NCBI GenBank assembly: GCA_963789135.1
Contig: CAWBJJ010000002.1
Coordinates: 471,736-535,735 of the forward strand
DNA from: an uncultured Acidobacteriota bacterium
Lineage (GTDB): Bacteria > Actinomycetota > Acidimicrobiia > Spongiisociales > ZC4RG35
DNA: 64,000 nt
Reading direction: 5' to 3'
Below, in pieces: positions 38,362 through 47,240 of the stretch (position 1 is its first letter; every line of letters starts with the position of its first letter). The position numbers were made by a program, and so were the translations under genes. The notes under the pieces are model-generated. The model saw only the letters and a list, made by a program, of their open reading frames with translations. It had not been told where the DNA came from and did no database searches.

Positions 38362-38548
38362 GTCGCTCGCGTCGGGCGCCTTGGAGGCAGCGAAGCCGGT
38401 TGGATCCCGGTGCTGTCCCGCAACTGTGAAGCCCCGTCAGGGGACGAGCCAGGTCGCCTGCGCCAGGGCCACGTAGAAAGTCTCGGATGAAGACGACTCG
38501 TGTGCTCAGGGAAGCCACCGGACTCTTCATCCTCCGAAACGGAGGATG
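38362..38548 (+). ncRNA. Cobalamin (B12) riboswitch with a translational expression platform
   Basis: Core GAAGCCGGTTGGATCCCGGTGCTGTCCCGCAACTGTGAAGC, a B12-box-like GAGCCAGGTCGCCTGCGCC and GGCCACG...GGATGAAG. Directly upstream of a btuF-like gene. The 5' boundary is approximate. Confidence 0.75.
38528..38548 (+). promoter_or_regulatory. SD/start-codon sequestering hairpin CATCCTCCG-AAA-CGGAGGATG
   Basis: The 3' arm contains the GGAGG SD and ATG 38546-38548. The competing anti-sequestor GGATGAAGA (38485-38493) is complementary to TCTTCATCC (38524-38532). Confidence 0.6.
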
Positions 38549-39529
38549 TTTCATATGCGAAGGACTGCGCTCCTTATAGCGCTCTTGCTGGCACTCGCCG
38601 GCTGCGGCTCGGGGGAGGGTGGGGACACTTCCACCACCGCGGCCACCGACACCACGGTCGCCGAGGCAACCACGACAGTGCCAGAGACGACCACCACGGA
38701 GTCGGCCGGATTCCCGGTCACAGTTGCCGATGGCAACGGTGAGGTGACCCTCGAGGAGCAACCACAGAGCATTGTCTCCCTCTCATCGACCGGCACAGAG
38801 ATGCTCTTTGCCATCGGTGCCGGCGGTCAGGTTGTGGCCGTTGACGAATTCTCGGTGTACCCCGAGGAGGCTCCGGTGACCGACCTCTCCGGGTTCACGC
38901 CCAATATCGAGGCGATACTCGAGTACGGACCCGATTTGGTCGTGATCTCGTTCGATCCCGGCGACCTGGTGAGCGGTCTGGCCGCCGTGGAGGTGCCCAC
39001 CCTCTTGTTGGGCACCGCCGGGAGTCTCGATGACTCCTACGCCCAATTGGAGACGCTGGGCGCGGCCACAGGGCACATCGGGGAGGCTGCCGAGGTGGTC
39101 AGCGAGATGCAGGTTGGGATCGATGCGATCCTTGCCGACACCTCGGTGCCCCAGGGGACCAGCTTCTATCACGAGGTGGACCCCACCTTTTACTCGGCAT
39201 CGTCGTCGAGCTTCCTGGGCCAGGTCTACGCCTTGCTCGGGATGGAGAACATCGCCGATGAGGCAGATCCCGATGGGATCGGCTTCCCGCAATTGGCATC
39301 TGAGTACATCGTCTCCTCTGATCCCGACCTGATCTTCCTCGCTGATTCCAGCATGGGAGTCACTCCGGAATCATTGTCTGAACGGCCGGGATGGGCGGAG
39401 ATGACGGCGGTCCAGGCTGGTGCCGTGGCGGTGCTGGACGAGTACCTGGCCTCGAACTGGGGGCCGCGCGTTGTGGAGTTGCTGCAATCCATCGCCGATG
39501 CGGCAACGGAGTTGATTCCGGCCGCTTGA
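38546..39529 (+). CDS. ABC transporter substrate-binding lipoprotein (BtuF/FhuD-type periplasmic binding protein)
   Basis: Lipobox LALAGCGS and a Thr-rich linker, then a Peripla_BP_2-like body (IVSLSSTGTEMLFAIGAG...PDLVV...). Confidence 0.85.
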   Translation: MFHMRRTALLIALLLALAGCGSGEGGDTSTTAATDTTVAEATTTVPETTTTESAGFPVTVADGNGEVTLEEQPQSIVSLSSTGTEMLFAIGAGGQVVAVDEFSVYPEEAPVTDLSGFTPNIEAILEYGPDLVVISFDPGDLVSGLAAVEVPTLLLGTAGSLDDSYAQLETLGAATGHIGEAAEVVSEMQVGIDAILADTSVPQGTSFYHEVDPTFYSASSSSFLGQVYALLGMENIADEADPDGIGFPQLASEYIVSSDPDLIFLADSSMGVTPESLSERPGWAEMTAVQAGAVAVLDEYLASNWGPRVVELLQSIADAATELIPAA

Positions 39530-40569
39530 GCCTCGCCGGCCCGAATGTCGAGATTGCGCCCGCCAGGATCGGAGCACGGAGGTGGCTCGTCGCCATCGCC
39601 GTGCTCGTGCTCGTGGTCACCGCCGCGGTCTTGATCGGTTCGGTCCGTATCGAGCCCGGGCGCTCACTCCTTGCCCTGCTCGATCGCCTGCCCTTCGTCG
39701 ATGTCGATCATGGTCTCACCAATATCGAGGAGCGGCTGCTGTTCGAGCTGCGATTGCCCCGAGTAGTGATGGGAGGGATCGTTGGCGCGGTACTCGCTGT
39801 CGCCGGCGCCGGCTATCAGGGGGTCTTTCGCAACCCTCTGGCCGACCCCTACCTACTTGGGGTGGCCGCAGGTGCGGGCCTCGGGGCCACGTTCGTGATC
39901 GGTGCCGGGGCAGGTTCGGCGTTGATCCCACCGGTGGCCTTCGTCGGCGGACTGGCCGCCGTCGTGGTCACGTATGCGGTGGGCCGGACTGCCGGCGGGC
40001 GGAGCATCACGTCGCTGGTCCTCGCCGGGGTGGCGGTAGCTGCTTTCGCCACGGCGATCCAGACCTATCTCCTGCAGAGGGACTTCGACACCCTCCGCGA
40101 GGTGTACTCCTGGATCTTGGGCCGCCTGGTGACCGTGGGATGGGGTGAGGTCGGGGTCCTGCTCCCATATGCGATCGTTTCAGCGACGGTGCTGGTCCTT
40201 TGCAGGAGATTGTTGGATGTCCTCGCAGTTGGGGACGAGGAAGCGGCGGGGTTGGGCGTCGACGTGGGGAGAGTCCGGCTGATCGTCGTGCTCGCCGCAA
40301 CTCTGGCCACGGCGGCCGCGGTATCGGTGAGCGGGTTGATCGGGTTCGTCGGGATCATCGTCCCCCACACCATCAGACTTCTCACCGGGTGGAGCTATCG
40401 GGTCATCATCCCGCTCTCATTGTTGTACGGGGCCTCGTTCCTGATCCTGGCCGACCTGGGCGCCCGGACGCTGATATCGCCGGGGGAACTCCCCATAGGA
40501 GTTCTCACCGCGTTCCTGGGGGCTCCTTTCTTCGTGCTCGTGCTGCGCTCGGTCCGGGGCAGCGAATGA
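39526..40569 (+). CDS. FecCD/BtuC-family ABC permease
   Basis: About 9 TM helices, LADPYLLGVAAGAGLG and GFVGIIVPH. TTG at 39526 in a TTGA overlap; the start is uncertain. Confidence 0.85.
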   Translation: MSLAGPNVEIAPARIGARRWLVAIAVLVLVVTAAVLIGSVRIEPGRSLLALLDRLPFVDVDHGLTNIEERLLFELRLPRVVMGGIVGAVLAVAGAGYQGVFRNPLADPYLLGVAAGAGLGATFVIGAGAGSALIPPVAFVGGLAAVVVTYAVGRTAGGRSITSLVLAGVAVAAFATAIQTYLLQRDFDTLREVYSWILGRLVTVGWGEVGVLLPYAIVSATVLVLCRRLLDVLAVGDEEAAGLGVDVGRVRLIVVLAATLATAAAVSVSGLIGFVGIIVPHTIRLLTGWSYRVIIPLSLLYGASFLILADLGARTLISPGELPIGVLTAFLGAPFFVLVLRSVRGSE

Positions 40570-41321
40570 TCGGCTGGCTCGAAGTATCCGTTGCCTTTGG
40601 AGGCAAGGCCGTGCTCAAATCGATCTCCCTGACGGTGGACGACGGGGAGTGGGTCGGCCTGATCGGGCCCAATGGAGCCGGGAAGTCCACACTCCTCAAG
40701 ACCGCAATCGGTGTCGTCGACCATCAGGGCACCGTCAACGTGGGGCACCTCGACCCCAGGCCCGGCCTCGACATCGCCTGGATGCCGCAGCGCCCACGCC
40801 TTCCCGAGGAGATGACCGTCGCCGACTACGTGCTTCTGGGAAGGACGCCTCACCTGGGCCGGTTCGGTTCCGAGCAGCCACGCGACATGGAGTCCGTCTC
40901 CCGGGCTCTCGATCGCCTCGACCTGGTCGAGTTGTCGGCTCGGGCGCTGGGTACCCTCTCCGGTGGCGAGGCCCAGCGTGCCGTCCTGGCACGGGCGCTC
41001 GCACAGGAGGCGCCTGTGCTACTTCTCGACGAGCCGACCTCGAACCTCGATATCGGGCATTCGGTGGATGTGCTCGAGATCATCGACGCCCTGCGCAAAC
41101 ACGACGGCCTCACCGTGGTGACGGCGATCCACGACCTGACGCTTGCCGGCAGATTCGCCGACCGGCTGGTGTTGCTCTCCGCAGGCGAAGTGGCCGCTGA
41201 CGGTGTCCCGGCCGATGTGCTCACCGAGGCCAACCTGCATGCGCACTACGGCGAAGGGCTTCGCGTGCTGCTCAACGGAGATGGCCCGACGGTGATCCCA
41301 ACCCGGGGCAAGCGTGTCTGA
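40566..41321 (+). CDS. ABC transporter ATP-binding protein (BtuD/FepC-like)
   Basis: Walker A GPNGAGKST, LSGGEAQR and Walker B LLLDEPTSNLD. ATG in an ATGA overlap. The track ORF 40200..41321 is over-extended. Confidence 0.9.
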   Translation: MIGWLEVSVAFGGKAVLKSISLTVDDGEWVGLIGPNGAGKSTLLKTAIGVVDHQGTVNVGHLDPRPGLDIAWMPQRPRLPEEMTVADYVLLGRTPHLGRFGSEQPRDMESVSRALDRLDLVELSARALGTLSGGEAQRAVLARALAQEAPVLLLDEPTSNLDIGHSVDVLEIIDALRKHDGLTVVTAIHDLTLAGRFADRLVLLSAGEVAADGVPADVLTEANLHAHYGEGLRVLLNGDGPTVIPTRGKRV

Positions 41322-41883
41322 GCCCGCGGTGCCACCCACCGAAGCCCCGGCCCGGGCGACGCTGCGCGAGCCTTCGCTGGTCCTGGTCAACACCGGGGAC
41401 GGCAAGGGCAAGTCGACAGCCGCCTTCGGCACCGCGATGCGGGCCGTGGCACGGGGCTGGAAAGTCGGGATCATCCAGTTCCTCAAGTCGGGGGAATGGC
41501 GGGTGGGCGAAGAGGAGATCGGGCGCCGCCTCGGCATGGAATGGTGGGTGCTGGGTGATGGCTTCACCTGGGACTCGCCCGACATGGAGGAGTCCGAAGC
41601 CATCGCCCACGAAGGGTGGAAAGAGGCCAGGCAGCGGATTGAATCCGGGGAATACGACCTCCTGGTCCTCGATGAGATCACGTATCCGATCAATTGGGGG
41701 TGGATCGACCTCGGTGAGGTGCTCGGAGTCATTGGCGCGCGACCGGAGCGGGTCAACCTGATCCTGACCGGGCGCGATGCCCCGGATCGGTTGATCGAGG
41801 CGGCAGACACCGTGACCGAGATGAAGAAGGTGAAGCACGCCTTCGATAGGGGAGTCATGGCCCGGCGCGGGATCGACTACTGA
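41314..41883 (+). CDS. cobO: Cob(I)yrinic acid a,c-diamide / cob(I)alamin adenosyltransferase (CobO/BtuR type)
   Basis: TGDGKGKSTAAFG, IIQFLKS, LLVLDEI and KHAFDRGVMARRGIDY. Confidence 0.9.
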   Translation: MSEPAVPPTEAPARATLREPSLVLVNTGDGKGKSTAAFGTAMRAVARGWKVGIIQFLKSGEWRVGEEEIGRRLGMEWWVLGDGFTWDSPDMEESEAIAHEGWKEARQRIESGEYDLLVLDEITYPINWGWIDLGEVLGVIGARPERVNLILTGRDAPDRLIEAADTVTEMKKVKHAFDRGVMARRGIDY

Positions 41884-44876
41884 ACGGAAACCTCTGCCCG
41901 AACCAGGTCCAGCGCTGCCTCCACGCTGAGTGACTCACCTTCCATGGTGGCGCGGGCGAATACGGGTCCCAGAACTTCCCGGACGGCAGCCACTTTCTGG
42001 GCGTAGTCGGCGTCTTCAGGAGGGGGCCAGATCGCGACACGGTTCGAAGTGGCGATCCATTCGGCCATCCCGAAGAGCCGTGCCGCCGCTTCGTTCTCGC
42101 CGACGTCATGGGCGCAAACCGCGAGCCCGGCCACGGCGATGGCGACCCCCCGCATGTCACCGGCGGTCGAGCTCAGTGTGAGGCTCTCGGCGAGCGCGTC
42201 GCGACATCTCTCGACCTCCCCATGGCGATAGGCGGTCTTGCCGACGTGATAGAGGTACTCGGCGAGGGCGGCACGCACGCCGGCCTGGCCTTCGACCAAG
42301 CGCGCCCGGCCCCGGTTCGCTTCGACGATCAACTGGAGCTCGGCCGTCGAGGGGTTGCCCTGGATCATCGTCTTCAGCTCGAAGAGGTTGTTCGAGGCCT
42401 CCTCGGAGAGGCTGAAGCCCTCGAGAACCGATCTGTAGAGATCCAGGGCGTGCTCGTGGTCGCCGCCCAGCCAAGCCATGGCTCCGAGCCCGGCATCGGC
42501 GTGTGCCAGCCCAAGGTTGTCTCCCGCGTTGAACAGCAGGCTCCGGCCCGCCGTGTATCGCTCTTCGGCCTCGGCGTAGCGGCCCTCGTCCCTCGCCAGA
42601 GCGCCCAGCCTGAGCAAGGACCAGCCGATATCCAGCGCACCCATCTGGTCCAGGAACACCTGGTGGCTTTCGATCATCTTGCGGCGGGCCTCGGCGAGGT
42701 CGCCCCGGAGTCGGGCCATGGTGCCGTTCACGGCGAGTGACCAGGCCAGAGCCCAATCCTCACCGTGCTCCCGGCTCAGGGCCTCGGCCTCGCCGATCAA
42801 CTTCTGTCCTTCGTCTAGGTCGTCTTCGAACCATGCGAGGACTCCGAGCAGGTAGGTCTGCCTCGCCTTGCCGCGACCGTCGTCGAGCTGCCCGTATATA
42901 TCCAGGCCCTCGCTCAGAGCGCTCTTGGCCCTCTCTAGGTCCAGGCGCCGTATGGCGAGGAGACCTGCGCCATGCAGGGCCCTGGCCACGATGATCGGGG
43001 GCAAACCCTCTCGTTTTGTCAGGGTCTTTTCCACCCAGTCCGTTCCCTCGGAGACATCGCGCCTGATGACCCAGAACCAGCAAAGTGCGCCGGCCAGGGC
43101 GAGCGCTCCCTCGTAGTCACCGGATTGGTAGAGCCAGTCCAAGGCTGCGCGCATGTTGTACTGCTCCAGCTCGAGGCGCGCGGTCGCCGTGGTCTGTTCC
43201 CTGCCCTGGAGCTGAGGGGCAGCCGTCTCGGCCATGTCGATGTAGAAATGGGCGTGGAGGTCGCGCAGGGCATCGTTGCGCCCCTCGGCATCGAGGCGCA
43301 TCCGCGCATAGTGGGTGATCGGCTCCAGGAGGCGGTATCGCTCCTTGTTGCCGTCCGTCGTCATGACCAACGAGGTTTCGACCAGCCTTCCGAGGAGGCT
43401 CACGACATGCTCACGGACGACCTCGCCACCCGAGCAAACCTGCTCGGCCGCTTCGAGAGTGAACCCACCCGAGAAGATCGAGAGCCTCTTGAAGAGGAGT
43501 CGCTCGGCACCAGAGAGGAAGTCGTAGCTCCAGTCCAGGGTGGTCTCGAGGGTCTGCTGGTGTGGCGGCATGTCGCGCAGGGTGCCGGAGAGAAGGGCGA
43601 ATTGTTGATCGAGGCGCTGCACCAATTGGGCGACGGACAGGACCTTGAGTCGTGCTGCCGCAAGCTCGATGGCTAGAGGGATCCCGTCCAGTCGACGGCA
43701 GACCTCGGCGACCAGCGCCGCATTCTGGGGATCGAGGTCGAATCCGGGCACCACCAGCCGTGCTCGGTCGAGGAACAGGGCTACTGCGTCGAAGGAAGCG
43801 ATCTCGTGAACCGACCGGAGCCCAGGCCCGGGGATGGGAAGAGGGCCGACGTGCACCAGGTGCTCGTCGCGAATCGACAGCAGCTCCCGGCTCGTCGCGA
43901 GGATGCAAAGTTCGGAAGTCTCTTCGAGCAGGTAGTCGGTCAGCTTTGCCACCGCATCGATTAGGTGCTCGCAGCCGTCGAGGACCAGCAGAGAGCGGGC
44001 CCGGGCCAGGCGCGACGCCAGGGTCTCGACCAGTGCCTGGTTGGGGCTCTCGGTTATATGGAGCTGGCGGGCGATGCTCGCCGCAAGCAGCGTCTCATCG
44101 GCGACCCGGGAGACCTCGACGAACCAGACGCCATCGGCAAAGGAATCGGACTGGTCGGCAGCGACCTTCAGGGCGAGGCTGGTCTTGCCGACCCCTGCGG
44201 GGCCGGTGACGGTGACCAGCCGGTGCTCATTGAGCGCGTCGCCGACGATGCGCTGCTCTTCGACCCGACCGATCAACTCGAGGTCTCGGCGGGGCAGGTT
44301 CCCTTGCATGCCCGACATGGTGCGGAGCGGCGGGAAATCCTTCTGCAGCCCTTCGATCGTCAGCTGATAGAGGTGTTCTTCATGAGTCAGGTCTTTGAGC
44401 CTGTGGTTGCCGAGGTTGGAGATGCTGGCGCCGGCGGGCAGGGCGTACTCGGTCAGCCGGGTGGTGGTCTCAGACAGGAGTATCTGCCCCCCATGACCGC
44501 ACTCTCCGATGCGGGAGGCGCGATGCACGTCGATCCCGACGTAGTCGGACCCGCCGAGGCGGCCCTCTCCGGTGTGGATTCCGATCCTCACCCGGATCGG
44601 GCGGGGTGTCGGCCAGGGCTCGATGGCCAGGGACCGCTGGATCTCGACTGCGGCGAGCACCGAGTCCACAGCGGATTGGAAGGAGAGGAAGAACCCGTCC
44701 CCCTCGTTCTTGACCATCACCCCGCGGTTCGCCGCCGCGATGTCGAGCACGATCTCGTTGTGCCGTTCCAACACCGGGCGGAAGTCCTCGCCCATGTCCT
44801 GGAGGAGCCGGGTCGAGCCTTCGATGTCCGTGAACACGAAGCTGACGGTTCCGACCGGTAGTTGTCCCTCAGGCAT
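41877..44876 (-). CDS. Class III adenylate/guanylate cyclase domain fused to an NB-ARC/STAND ATPase and TPR repeats
   Basis: Cyclase (VSFVFTDIEGST, KNEGDGFFLSF, RIGIHTGE). LIGRVEEQ plus Walker A GPAGVGKTS and Walker B LLVLDGCEH. Long TPR-like C-terminus. ATG at 44876; an alternative start at 44927 would overlap the upstream gene. Confidence 0.85.
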   Translation of the reverse strand: MPEGQLPVGTVSFVFTDIEGSTRLLQDMGEDFRPVLERHNEIVLDIAAANRGVMVKNEGDGFFLSFQSAVDSVLAAVEIQRSLAIEPWPTPRPIRVRIGIHTGEGRLGGSDYVGIDVHRASRIGECGHGGQILLSETTTRLTEYALPAGASISNLGNHRLKDLTHEEHLYQLTIEGLQKDFPPLRTMSGMQGNLPRRDLELIGRVEEQRIVGDALNEHRLVTVTGPAGVGKTSLALKVAADQSDSFADGVWFVEVSRVADETLLAASIARQLHITESPNQALVETLASRLARARSLLVLDGCEHLIDAVAKLTDYLLEETSELCILATSRELLSIRDEHLVHVGPLPIPGPGLRSVHEIASFDAVALFLDRARLVVPGFDLDPQNAALVAEVCRRLDGIPLAIELAAARLKVLSVAQLVQRLDQQFALLSGTLRDMPPHQQTLETTLDWSYDFLSGAERLLFKRLSIFSGGFTLEAAEQVCSGGEVVREHVVSLLGRLVETSLVMTTDGNKERYRLLEPITHYARMRLDAEGRNDALRDLHAHFYIDMAETAAPQLQGREQTTATARLELEQYNMRAALDWLYQSGDYEGALALAGALCWFWVIRRDVSEGTDWVEKTLTKREGLPPIIVARALHGAGLLAIRRLDLERAKSALSEGLDIYGQLDDGRGKARQTYLLGVLAWFEDDLDEGQKLIGEAEALSREHGEDWALAWSLAVNGTMARLRGDLAEARRKMIESHQVFLDQMGALDIGWSLLRLGALARDEGRYAEAEERYTAGRSLLFNAGDNLGLAHADAGLGAMAWLGGDHEHALDLYRSVLEGFSLSEEASNNLFELKTMIQGNPSTAELQLIVEANRGRARLVEGQAGVRAALAEYLYHVGKTAYRHGEVERCRDALAESLTLSSTAGDMRGVAIAVAGLAVCAHDVGENEAAARLFGMAEWIATSNRVAIWPPPEDADYAQKVAAVREVLGPVFARATMEGESLSVEAALDLVRAEVSVQ

Positions 44877-44901
44877 GCCTGCTCCAAAGTACTGCGATAT
44901 T

Positions 44902-45987
44902 TCAGCTTGCCCGCCGGACTTCCACATCGTGGCTCAGCCCCGGGTCCGATGCTCCCAGCAGCCGAGCAGCTTCGTCGCTGACCTCTGCGACAACCCTCTT
45001 GGTCATCGATCCAAACGTGGTCACAGTGATCCGCGCCTCGGACTTGGTCCGGGCCACCTTCCAGCTTCCCACCAGGAACCCATCGTGGAGGACGTTGCCC
45101 GCCCAGCCCGGGGGGCGGGCGTCGGCGGGGATGACCCGAGACCGGTCGGCGTGGCCAAGGAGGACGTTGTCGTATTCGGGAAGGAACCGGGGTGGCGCGG
45201 GTGTGCCGGACTCGGGGCGAGGAGCCTCGGGAAGGTCCAGCAATTCCCGGCCCTGTTCATCCCGAAAGGCACGGAGATCGGGCCTCAGCCGCTCGAAGGC
45301 TTCGTTGAGGCCGGTGATGCCGGACCAGATCCGCATGTCGCTGACTGACGCCGGCCCAAAGGCGGCAAGGTATCGGAGAGCGAGTAGCCGCGGGTCCGGT
45401 CTCGAATCGAGTGCCCGCCCCAGCCAGTTCTCGACGGTGGTCCAGATCGCGTTGCCCTTCTGACCCCACAGTCCGCGCGGGGGGACCTGGATCAGCGGGA
45501 GGTTGTAGCTGACTGCCTGCGCCATCGATTGCGGGTCGCGGTCCGGCCATTCGGCCGCGAGGAGTTGCGACAGCTCGGCGCGGGACCGGGGCTTCTCCTC
45601 CATCGAGGCCCGTCCGACGGACAGCACCTGCTCGAGGTCCATCCCCTTCACCGCCCGGGCGAAGCTCGTTGAGGCGAAGACCCTTCGTGAGACCGGTCTC
45701 ACCGTTGCGTCGATTTCCAGCAGGTCGTCCGAGGTGACGAGGTGGATGGTCGCCCGCAGGAAGGCTGTCCTCACCGCCCGCCTCTCGGCGATCATGCCCG
45801 AGAGGTCCTCGGGATCGAAGTCGACCAGGCGGGCCCACAACCCGTAGTAAGGGTCGAGCGGGTTCTGGCACTGCATTCCCACCAGGTGCTCGATCATCTC
45901 GGGGACCGACCCGGTGGTTCGCTCCAGCAGATGCTGGCGGGCCAGGGTGGCTCGGTTCAGGGCGCGAGTATCGAGAAGGTCGGTCAC
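44902..45987 (-). CDS. Winged-helix DNA-binding protein of the YcaQ/AlkZ DNA-glycosylase family
   Basis: [13 protein letters not shown]...[21 protein letters not shown]...RATIHLV. 361 aa. Confidence 0.75.
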   Translation of the reverse strand: MTDLLDTRALNRATLARQHLLERTTGSVPEMIEHLVGMQCQNPLDPYYGLWARLVDFDPEDLSGMIAERRAVRTAFLRATIHLVTSDDLLEIDATVRPVSRRVFASTSFARAVKGMDLEQVLSVGRASMEEKPRSRAELSQLLAAEWPDRDPQSMAQAVSYNLPLIQVPPRGLWGQKGNAIWTTVENWLGRALDSRPDPRLLALRYLAAFGPASVSDMRIWSGITGLNEAFERLRPDLRAFRDEQGRELLDLPEAPRPESGTPAPPRFLPEYDNVLLGHADRSRVIPADARPPGWAGNVLHDGFLVGSWKVARTKSEARITVTTFGSMTKRVVAEVSDEAARLLGASDPGLSHDVEVRRAS

Positions 45988-46079
45988 CGAGCGGATTTTG
46001 CCTGCTGAATGGCATTGACTGTCGCTCGACCTCTGTCGTTACCATCGCCGCTCGCCAGATCAGGTCGAGGAGTAGAGGA

Positions 46080-47228
46080 ATGCGGATCGGAATTCTCACG
46101 GGCGGGGGAGATGTCCCAGGGCTCAACGCGTGCATCAAGGCGGTCGTCAACCGTGTTGCCGCGGAGGGCCATGAAGTGGTTGGAGTGCGCCGGGGGTGGG
46201 GCGGGCTTGCGGAGACCAACGCCGATGACCCGGCGAGTGGTGAGGCCAACCTGATACCGCTCGATCCGGGCACGGTTCGCACCATCGACCGCACCGGGGG
46301 CACCTTCCTTCACAGTTCCCGGACGAATCCGGCCAAGGTCCGCTCATCGGAGATGCCTGACTACCTGAGCGGGGAGTTCACCGGCGATGGGCCCCACGAC
46401 ATCACCCCTCATGTGCTGCGCACGCTCGAAGCACACAAGATCGACACTCTGATCCCGATCGGGGGCGACGACACCCTGTCCTATGGGCTCCGCCTCCACG
46501 AGGAAGGGGTCCCCGTCATCGCGATACCCAAGACCATGGACAACGACGTCCACGGGACCGACTATTGCATCGGCTTCTCGACCGCAGTGAGCCGGGGAGT
46601 GCAGTTCATCCATAGTCTCCGCACCGCCGCCGGATCGCATGAGCGGGTGGCGGTGGTCGAGCTCTTCGGCCGCTACAGCGGGGAGACCTCACTGATCACG
46701 GCCTATCTGTCGGGTGTCGACCGGGCCATCATCTCCGAGGTCCCCTTCGACGTGGACAAATTGGCTGGGCTCCTCAAGTCCGACCAGGCGGCCAACCCGT
46801 CGAACTACGCCATGATGACCATCTCCGAAGGCGCCCACCCGATGGAAGGTGAGATCCTGCTCAGCGGGGACGCCGACGCATACGGGCATCGCAAACTCGG
46901 CGGCATCGGCGCTCTCACCGGTGAGCTCCTCAAGGAGCGGACCGGCGAGGGCATCCTCTACCAGCAGGTCGGCTACCTGATGCGCTCCGGCGCACCCGAC
47001 TCCCTGGATCTGATGGTCGCCACCAACTACGCGGTGATGGCCTCGGACCTGGCGATGGAGGGCAGCCACGGTCGGATGGTGGCCTTGCGGGGCGGGACCT
47101 ACACCGACGTCCCCATCGCCGTGACCAAGGAGGGTGTGAAGCGGGTGGATGTCGACGAGTTGTACGACGTCGAGGCTTACCGCCCCAAGGTGCGGCACGT
47201 GCTCGGCAAGCCGATGTTCCTCTACTAG
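46080..47228 (+). CDS. 6-phosphofructokinase, predicted pyrophosphate-dependent
   Basis: [20 protein letters not shown] (Asp131) and PKTMDND (Lys151). GAGGAG SD. Confidence 0.9.
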   Translation: MRIGILTGGGDVPGLNACIKAVVNRVAAEGHEVVGVRRGWGGLAETNADDPASGEANLIPLDPGTVRTIDRTGGTFLHSSRTNPAKVRSSEMPDYLSGEFTGDGPHDITPHVLRTLEAHKIDTLIPIGGDDTLSYGLRLHEEGVPVIAIPKTMDNDVHGTDYCIGFSTAVSRGVQFIHSLRTAAGSHERVAVVELFGRYSGETSLITAYLSGVDRAIISEVPFDVDKLAGLLKSDQAANPSNYAMMTISEGAHPMEGEILLSGDADAYGHRKLGGIGALTGELLKERTGEGILYQQVGYLMRSGAPDSLDLMVATNYAVMASDLAMEGSHGRMVALRGGTYTDVPIAVTKEGVKRVDVDELYDVEAYRPKVRHVLGKPMFLY

Positions 47229-47240
47229 AGGCGCCGGACC

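Noticed and set aside
41019-41858. 279-aa minus-strand ORF
   Set aside because: It is antisense to the ABC ATPase and cobO genes.
45257-46303. 348-aa minus-strand ORF
   Set aside because: It is out of frame with the YcaQ/AlkZ-like gene and antisense to the PFK start. It has junk composition.
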